Below, piece after piece: positions 59,250-64,000 of a stretch of DNA of 64,000 nucleotides. Origin of the DNA: an uncultured Candidatus Saccharibacteria bacterium (lineage in GTDB: Bacteria; Patescibacteriota; Minisyncoccia; Minisyncoccales; JANBVM01); contig CAZEQH010000004.1 in NCBI GenBank assembly GCA_964514375.1, positions 191 through 64,190 of the forward strand, in the 5' to 3' direction. How positions within the stretch are numbered: the first letter of the stretch is position 1; every line of letters begins with the position of its first letter. The position numbers and the translations under genes are program-made. The notes beneath the pieces are model-generated. The model ran no database searches, was not told the origin of the DNA, and saw only the letters and a list, made by a program, of their open reading frames with translations.

Positions 59250-59278
59250 TTGACTCTTATTATTTTTATGTCTAAAAT
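59250..59278 (+). promoter_or_regulatory. Sigma-70-like promoter for rpmH-rnpA-yidC-jag, implying a leaderless or near-leaderless mRNA
   Basis: TTGACT (59250-59255), 17-nt spacer, TAAAAT (59273-59278). The rpmH ATG begins 7 nt after the -10. Confidence 0.55.
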
Positions 59279-59285
59279 AAACCAT

Positions 59286-59420
59286 ATGTCAATAACCTAT
59301 CAGCCGCGCAAAGGCAAAAGGAAAAAGACTCACGGGTTTTTGAAAAGGAAGAGTACGAAGTCCGGGAGAGAAGTCCTTAAAAGAAGAAGAAAAAAGGGCC
59401 GCAAGAGGCTGACCCCATAG
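59286..59420 (+). CDS. rpmH: 50S ribosomal protein L34
   Basis: Own translation (the ORF is below the track's size cut-off): [44 protein letters not shown], a canonical L34 sequence and position. Confidence 0.95.
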   Translation: MSITYQPRKGKRKKTHGFLKRKSTKSGREVLKRRRKKGRKRLTP

Positions 59421-59424
59421 CTTG

Positions 59425-59799
59425 ATGTTGGCGAAAGAATTCAGGCTGTGTAAGAAGAAGGACTTTGAACAGGTTTTAAAAAGAGGGCGGGGCGTTAAAG
59501 AAGCATTTTTTGTTTTAAAAGTTAAAAAAACAAAGGAGGGAAGAATGAGATTCGGTTTCATAGTTTCTCAGAAGGTCTCCAAAAAAGCCGTGGTTAGAAA
59601 TAAAATTAAAAGAAGATTCAGGAGTGCTGTTCAGGAAGAATTAGGATGCAGGAGGGGTTCCGAGACCGCAAACAGATGCTTAGAAAAGAGTTTGGACGTT
59701 GTCTTAATAGCGCTACCGGGCGCAGAGGAAAGGAGTTTTAAAGAAACACACGAGAGAATTAAAAGAGCTTTCGGCAAGACAGGCGTATTAAACCCATGA
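59425..59799 (+). CDS. rnpA: Ribonuclease P protein component
   Basis: MLAKEFRLCKKKDFEQVLKRG...SKKAVVRNKIKRRFR (RNR-like motif); follows rpmH. Confidence 0.85.
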   Translation: MLAKEFRLCKKKDFEQVLKRGRGVKEAFFVLKVKKTKEGRMRFGFIVSQKVSKKAVVRNKIKRRFRSAVQEELGCRRGSETANRCLEKSLDVVLIALPGAEERSFKETHERIKRAFGKTGVLNP

Positions 59800-60533
59800 A
59801 TATCTTCACAGAAACCTTTAATACAGTATTATATCAGCCGCTATTTAATATTCTTATTCTACTGTATGAATATTTCCCCGGACACGATTTTGGAGTGGCT
59901 ATTATAGTGCTTACTTTTATTATAAGGCTGCTTCTTTATCCCCTAATGGCTCAGAATATCAGGAACCAGAGGGCTCTTACCGCCATGCAGCCCAAATTAA
60001 AAGATATCCAGGAGCGTTTTAAGGATGACCAGGAGAGACAGGCTAAAGAAATAATCAATCTATATAAGGAGCACGACATCAGTCCTTTCAGCGCTTTCGT
60101 ACCCCTTTTGATACAGCTGCCGCTTTTGATTGCCCTTTTCCAGGTTTTTCAGAAAGGTCTTGTCCCGGACAATCTGACCGGCTTATACAGCTTTGTATCC
60201 CATCCCGGAGAAATCAATTACACCTTTTTGGGAATTATAAGCTTAGGCAGCGCCAGTGCTTTCCTGGCCGTTATGGCTGCCGTCCTCCAGCTTATCCAGT
60301 TCAAAACCTTAGACGTTAAACCTGCGGCGCGGGAGGGAAAAAAGAAATCCGATAAGGCGGATTATATCAGCAACTTAACCCAAAGGCAGATGCCCTACTT
60401 TCTTTCCGGCTTCACCTTCATTTTTCTCCTGAGACTTCCGGCGGCTCTGGCTCTTTACTGGATTACCACTTCTTTATTTTCTATAATTCAGCAGTATATA
60501 CTGCAAAACCATGATAAGTCCAAATCAAATTGA
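59796..60533 (+). CDS. yidC: Membrane protein insertase YidC (short form)
   Basis: YPLMAQNIRNQRALTAMQPKLKDIQERFKDD...LYKEHDISPFS...LIQLPLLIALF; conserved position. Confidence 0.9.
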   Translation: MNIFTETFNTVLYQPLFNILILLYEYFPGHDFGVAIIVLTFIIRLLLYPLMAQNIRNQRALTAMQPKLKDIQERFKDDQERQAKEIINLYKEHDISPFSAFVPLLIQLPLLIALFQVFQKGLVPDNLTGLYSFVSHPGEINYTFLGIISLGSASAFLAVMAAVLQLIQFKTLDVKPAAREGKKKSDKADYISNLTQRQMPYFLSGFTFIFLLRLPAALALYWITTSLFSIIQQYILQNHDKSKSN

Positions 60534-60972
60534 AAAAATAAAAGAGATTACTAGGGAATTTTTTAACAAAACAAGCTTTGGAGTGGAAGTGGAAGTTTTA
60601 CCTCAGAGCGGCCTGACAATCCCTATTAATCTTGAAACCGACAATCCCCAGGTTCTTATCGGAGAGGGAGGGCAGACCCTGACAGATTTCCAGCATATCC
60701 TAAAAGCCATCTTAAGGCGGGAAATACAGGAAGATTTTTATATAGACCTTGATATCAACGGTTACAAAGAACAGAAAAAAAGATATCTCAGGGAACTGGC
60801 CGGCTCCTTAGCCGACGAAGTGTCCCTGATGAAAAAAGACAAAATACTTCCTCCCATGCCCGCTTACGAGAGAAGGATTATTCATATAGAACTAGCCGAT
60901 AGGACGGACGTGACCACGGAAAGTATCGGTCGGGAACCCGAAAGGAGGATTATAATAAAACCCTACCCTTAA
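60511..60972 (+). CDS. jag: Jag/KhpB-like KH + R3H RNA-binding protein
   Basis: C-terminal R3H motif (PMPAYERRIIHIELADRTDVTTESIGREPERRIIIKP); follows yidC. Confidence 0.8.
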   Translation: MISPNQIEKIKEITREFFNKTSFGVEVEVLPQSGLTIPINLETDNPQVLIGEGGQTLTDFQHILKAILRREIQEDFYIDLDINGYKEQKKRYLRELAGSLADEVSLMKKDKILPPMPAYERRIIHIELADRTDVTTESIGREPERRIIIKPYP

Positions 60973-60992
60973 AGTTTAAAAAAGAGAATTCG

Positions 60993-61018
60993 AAACCCCC
61001 TCCAATGAGGGGCTTTTT
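60993..61018. terminator. Bidirectional intrinsic terminator between jag and the VirB4-like gene
   Basis: AAACCCCCTC-caat-GAGGGGCTTTTT. Confidence 0.65.
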
Positions 61019-62822
61019 ATAATCTGGACTCTTTAGCCTTTTTTATTTTTAGTACCTCTTCCGGGCTGGTGGTAATAATCTGGTCTTCCGTATAAGAAGC
61101 TATAGACCTTGTGGCTACATGTTTTTGCCCCGCAAAGAATATTCCTTCTCCAACTTCGGCTTCCAATAGGAGATATTTTTCCTGGTCGGTCAGGTTAAAA
61201 GTCTTTTTAACGATATCAATAGTGGCTGGAGACTGCTTCATTAATATTTGGAGAGCAGAGTTAGTAATAATCGGCTGTCCGTAGGAAGATTTCATAAAGT
61301 CGTTGACGTCCTGGGAAATAGTGGTTACTCCCAACCAGTACTTCCTCCCTCTTTTGCAAATCCCATAAAGGAAGGACGCCCCGTCTTCGTTCTTCATTAT
61401 CCACCAGGCTTCATCCACCACCAAAATTCTTTTTTTCAGTTCCGTCCTGACTTTATTCCAGATATATCTCATAATAATGAACATGGCGATGGGTCTGAGC
61501 TCGTCTTCCATATCCCTGATACCGAAAACCACGAAGGGTTTTTCCATAGTGATATTAGTGGGCTCGTTAAAGAACTGGGCAAAGGTTCCCTTGGTGAATT
61601 TTCTCACTCTCCTTACCAAAGACTCCGCCCCCTCCATACCCTCCAGGATGGCTTCAAAGTCCTCCATTAAGGGTATCCTTTCCTGCCAGGTGCCGGGATC
61701 GCTGTCGGGGGTAATATCCTTGGCTGCATAAGTTTCCGTTAAGGCCCTGTCTATAATGGCGTCCTCTTCAGGGCTTAGTCCGCCGAGCATTATCCTTAGA
61801 AGCCCGACCAGATTAATAATATTAGACCTTAAGACATCCTCCGGTTTTTCGTCTTCTCTGGGAGTGGGCAGGTCAAAGGGGTTGATGTGATTAGGAGAAG
61901 CCAGGGAGATGCTGAAATAAGAACCTCCTACCCCCTCGGCCAGATGATTGTATTCGTTTTCAGGGTCTATCACTATAACCTCCACGCCGGTCATTAAATA
62001 TCTTAGTATTTCCAGCTTAACAGTGTAGCTCTTACCGGAGCCCGACTTTCCGAAAAGTACTTCATTGGCGTTTTCCAGGCTGAACCTGTCAAAAAGGATT
62101 AGGGAATTATTGTGCTGGTTTACGCCGTAGAGAACTCCTTCATTGGAGCTTAAATCAAAAGAAGTGAAGGGAAAAGAAGAAGAAAGGGGTCCCGTGTTCA
62201 TGGAGGTATGGACCATCAGCTGGTCCATACCATAGGGGGCGGTGGAATTAAACCCTTCCCTCTGCTGGTAGAGAGCAGGCTTTACATATATCAGCCTTGA
62301 TTCCAGGATAGAACGCAGATTAGTGGTTACATCGGTCAGCTCCTGCCTTTTTTCCCCGTAAATGGTGATATAGACTCCCAATCTAAACATCCTCTCCTGA
62401 GCGGTCTGTAATTTATCTCTGAGGGTTTCCAAATCCTGATAGGCCACTTCTAAAGCAGGGTCGCGAATAAGCCCCTTTTCTTCTCTTTCAGCTATCTCCG
62501 CCATTACTTCGGTTACCTTTTTCCTTAATTTTTTAAGTATGTCCCCCGTTTCAATGGGAAAGATATGGAAACCTACATTCATAGGAGTGTCCATATTAAT
62601 AACGGGTGAAAACCATCCGGTGGTTATGTACCTGGGATAGGAAAAAATGAAAAAAGACCTGGCTAATCTCTTCCCCAGTTTCAAATGGTCTGGCTTAAGA
62701 GATGTTAAAGCAGAGGGAGCGATGATGTCCTTGATGTCTATCTTAGAGGTTTCAAAAATCTGTTCCGGTATTTCCCTTTTTTTAAAAAAGGGCAGTTTTC
62801 TTAAGAATGGAGGTAGTTTCAT
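61017..62822 (-). CDS. virB4: VirB4/TraE-like type IV secretion ATPase, C-terminal 601-aa part (ATPase domain)
   Basis: IAPSAL...LGKRLARSFFIFSYPRYITTGW (typical of Gram-positive-type VirB4), Walker A VLFGKSGSGKSY, Walker B ILVVDEAW. Confidence 0.75.
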   Translation of the reverse strand: MKLPPFLRKLPFFKKREIPEQIFETSKIDIKDIIAPSALTSLKPDHLKLGKRLARSFFIFSYPRYITTGWFSPVINMDTPMNVGFHIFPIETGDILKKLRKKVTEVMAEIAEREEKGLIRDPALEVAYQDLETLRDKLQTAQERMFRLGVYITIYGEKRQELTDVTTNLRSILESRLIYVKPALYQQREGFNSTAPYGMDQLMVHTSMNTGPLSSSFPFTSFDLSSNEGVLYGVNQHNNSLILFDRFSLENANEVLFGKSGSGKSYTVKLEILRYLMTGVEVIVIDPENEYNHLAEGVGGSYFSISLASPNHINPFDLPTPREDEKPEDVLRSNIINLVGLLRIMLGGLSPEEDAIIDRALTETYAAKDITPDSDPGTWQERIPLMEDFEAILEGMEGAESLVRRVRKFTKGTFAQFFNEPTNITMEKPFVVFGIRDMEDELRPIAMFIIMRYIWNKVRTELKKRILVVDEAWWIMKNEDGASFLYGICKRGRKYWLGVTTISQDVNDFMKSSYGQPIITNSALQILMKQSPATIDIVKKTFNLTDQEKYLLLEAEVGEGIFFAGQKHVATRSIASYTEDQIITTSPEEVLKIKKAKESRL

Positions 62823-62823
62823 A

Positions 62824-63465
62824 TTACTGAGATAACTCAGGAGGTATTTCGGGGTAATAACCTACTTCAGCTTCTTCCGGGTGGTAAAGGCTCCAGAAAA
62901 GCTCCACCAGCTCTGAAGTATTCAAGGGAACGCACTGCAGTCCGCACCTTCGCAATCCCAGGGCCACAAATTCCATCCTCTGCCACAGCTGGGACTTGGC
63001 TCTTTGGAATCGGTCTTCCGTGAGGGAAAGGGATTTAACCTTTTTATCCCCGCCGTCTTCCGCTATGGGTCTGGGGAGTTCTCCCAGGGTAAAAGGCACC
63101 ACCACGAAAAAATTTTTAGACATAATGGCTCCTCCGGCAATCATTTCCTTAATAAAATCGTGGTATTCTCCTATTTGAATTTTCAGCAGTTCATTTTCCT
63201 CTTTTTCTTCCAATTCCTTCAGTTTATCCAGGTAGCCGGTAATATTCAGCTGTCTTGACTGTATTACCACCTCCAGCGGAAAATCCAGGGAATTGAGGAA
63301 ATTTTGGAACTGGTAAATTATAGCCTTTTGTTCTTCTTCGGACTTTAAGGCAAAGTTAATCGAGGAAACCATAAGGACTCCTCTTAAGGCCTTATTCCTT
63401 AGAACAATAACGCCTTCCCTTATCTGGTCTAATTCCAAAAATTGCTGTGTGCTTGCCTTAGGCAT
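62824..63465 (-). CDS. VirB4-like N-terminal domain encoded as a separate 213-aa ORF
   Basis: QQFLELDQIREGVIVLRNKALRGVLMVSSINFALKSEEEQKAIIYQFQNFLNSL matches the N-terminal pattern of Firmicutes-type VirB4 proteins (as I recall Tn916 ORF16). The stop TAA is separated by 1 nt from the next ATG (TAA-T-ATG). Confidence 0.6.
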   Translation of the reverse strand: MPKASTQQFLELDQIREGVIVLRNKALRGVLMVSSINFALKSEEEQKAIIYQFQNFLNSLDFPLEVVIQSRQLNITGYLDKLKELEEKEENELLKIQIGEYHDFIKEMIAGGAIMSKNFFVVVPFTLGELPRPIAEDGGDKKVKSLSLTEDRFQRAKSQLWQRMEFVALGLRRCGLQCVPLNTSELVELFWSLYHPEEAEVGYYPEIPPELSQ

Positions 63466-63467
63466 GA

Positions 63468-63884
63468 TTATTGGTTAATCTTTTTTGTTTCTATCTCTGT
63501 TTTTTTATTTTTCAGTTTGCTGCGGGCAGCGATTTTCAATGGGGTCTGGTCTTCGGGTATTTCCTCCTTCTCTACAGTTTTCTCCACAAACCCCGCATTA
63601 CTTCCTTTCTGCATCTTCCATAAATACATCTTGGGGGAAAGGGTAAATTTTAAGAAGTTCCCAATACGTATGAGCAAAGGAACGCCGTCTACCTTAAAAA
63701 AGGCAATGGAGAGGGCGGCTCCACCTATTAGAAAACAGGCCAACAGGAACAGGGGGAAAGGCAGGCTGAAATAAAGAAAAAAGCAGATAGCTGCCGCTAT
63801 TCCCAGATAAATAAATTGATTGAATGTTAGAGGGCCCACTATCTTAGGCTCTCTCTCAATGAATTGGGGTATGGTGAACCTCAT
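63468..63884 (-). CDS. PrgI-family (VirB3-analogue) small membrane protein
   Basis: MRFTIPQFIEREPKIVGPLTFNQFIYLGIAAAICFFLYF followed by a second TM. Typical PrgI-family layout, directly upstream of VirB4. Confidence 0.6.
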   Translation of the reverse strand: MRFTIPQFIEREPKIVGPLTFNQFIYLGIAAAICFFLYFSLPFPLFLLACFLIGGAALSIAFFKVDGVPLLIRIGNFLKFTLSPKMYLWKMQKGSNAGFVEKTVEKEEIPEDQTPLKIAARSKLKNKKTEIETKKINQ

Positions 63885-63896
63885 TACATTATTTTA

Positions 63897-64000
63897 TCAC
63901 ACTTCCTCGCGGTAAAGGTCTTCGGCGCTGGAAGGTCTTTCTTTAAGCGGTTCCCTTTCCTCTATCACAGGTTTTTCGGCGGCAGGCTCTGAATTATCTA
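63897..64000 (-). CDS. 3' end of an unidentified ORF running in from beyond the window
   Basis: Open minus-strand frame ...DNSEPAAEKPVIEEREPLKERPSSAEDLYREEV* ending at TGA 63899-63897. Too short to identify. Confidence 0.3.
   Translation of the reverse strand, partial: DNSEPAAEKPVIEEREPLKERPSSAEDLYREEV

Noticed and set aside
59085-59561. Minus-strand ORFs 59085..59285 and 59289..59561
   Set aside because: The first lies in the AT-rich origin and promoter region. The second is antisense to rpmH and rnpA, which are unambiguous.
1-64000. CRISPR arrays, IS elements, prophage, integrases, rRNA genes, or alternative genetic code (UGA recoding as in some CPR lineages)
   Set aside because: No regularly spaced direct repeats and no transposase-, integrase- or phage-like ORFs were recognised. 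Long conserved genes are intact under the standard code, and several end at TGA, so there is no evidence for code 25 or code 4.

Overview
This is a gene-dense bacterial chromosome segment read with the standard genetic code. Many adjacent genes overlap by 1-31 nt, and recognisable Shine-Dalgarno (SD) sequences are almost absent. The gene content points to a streamlined Candidate Phyla Radiation (CPR)/Patescibacteria-type organism; this is inference, not proven. That content includes many aminoacyl-tRNA synthetases and ribosomal proteins, PolX, a lamin-tail-domain surface protein, a PilB-type ATPase and a PrgI/VirB4 cluster. The window spans the replication-origin neighbourhood: dnaN-dnaA are divergent from rpmH-rnpA-yidC-jag. 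It also contains smpB-tmRNA-infC-rpmI-rplT, one tRNA-Arg(CCG), metG/glyQS/ileS/argS, DNA repair genes (recO, uvrB, mutM, ruvC, a 5'-3' exonuclease, an EndoQ-like gene) and a two-component module. An unusual number of genes are archaeal/eukaryote-flavoured: an Elp3 plus Trm9-like pair, a presenilin-like GxGD protease, RtcB plus archease, RtcA, an endonuclease Q-like gene, HMG-CoA reductase and mevalonate kinase. The observations most worth follow-up are: (1) an apparently intact histidine-phosphatase domain nested inside IleRS; (2) the back-to-back Elp3/Trm9-like pair, with a tRNA fused to the methyltransferase transcript; (3) a three-gene BcrA/HgdC-type activase plus two dehydratase-like subunits of unknown substrate, in one operon with an EndoQ-like gene; (4) a consensus promoter driving a roughly 190-nt terminated leader or sRNA in front of greA; (5) a roughly 120-nt multi-hairpin element bounded by 16-nt inverted repeats between pilB and the lamin-tail gene; (6) a self-contained transcription unit for a 61-aa hyper-acidic protein; (7) a VirB4 ATPase split into two ORFs. 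No CRISPR array, transposase, integrase or rRNA was seen. All protein calls rest on motif recognition by eye, with no database search.
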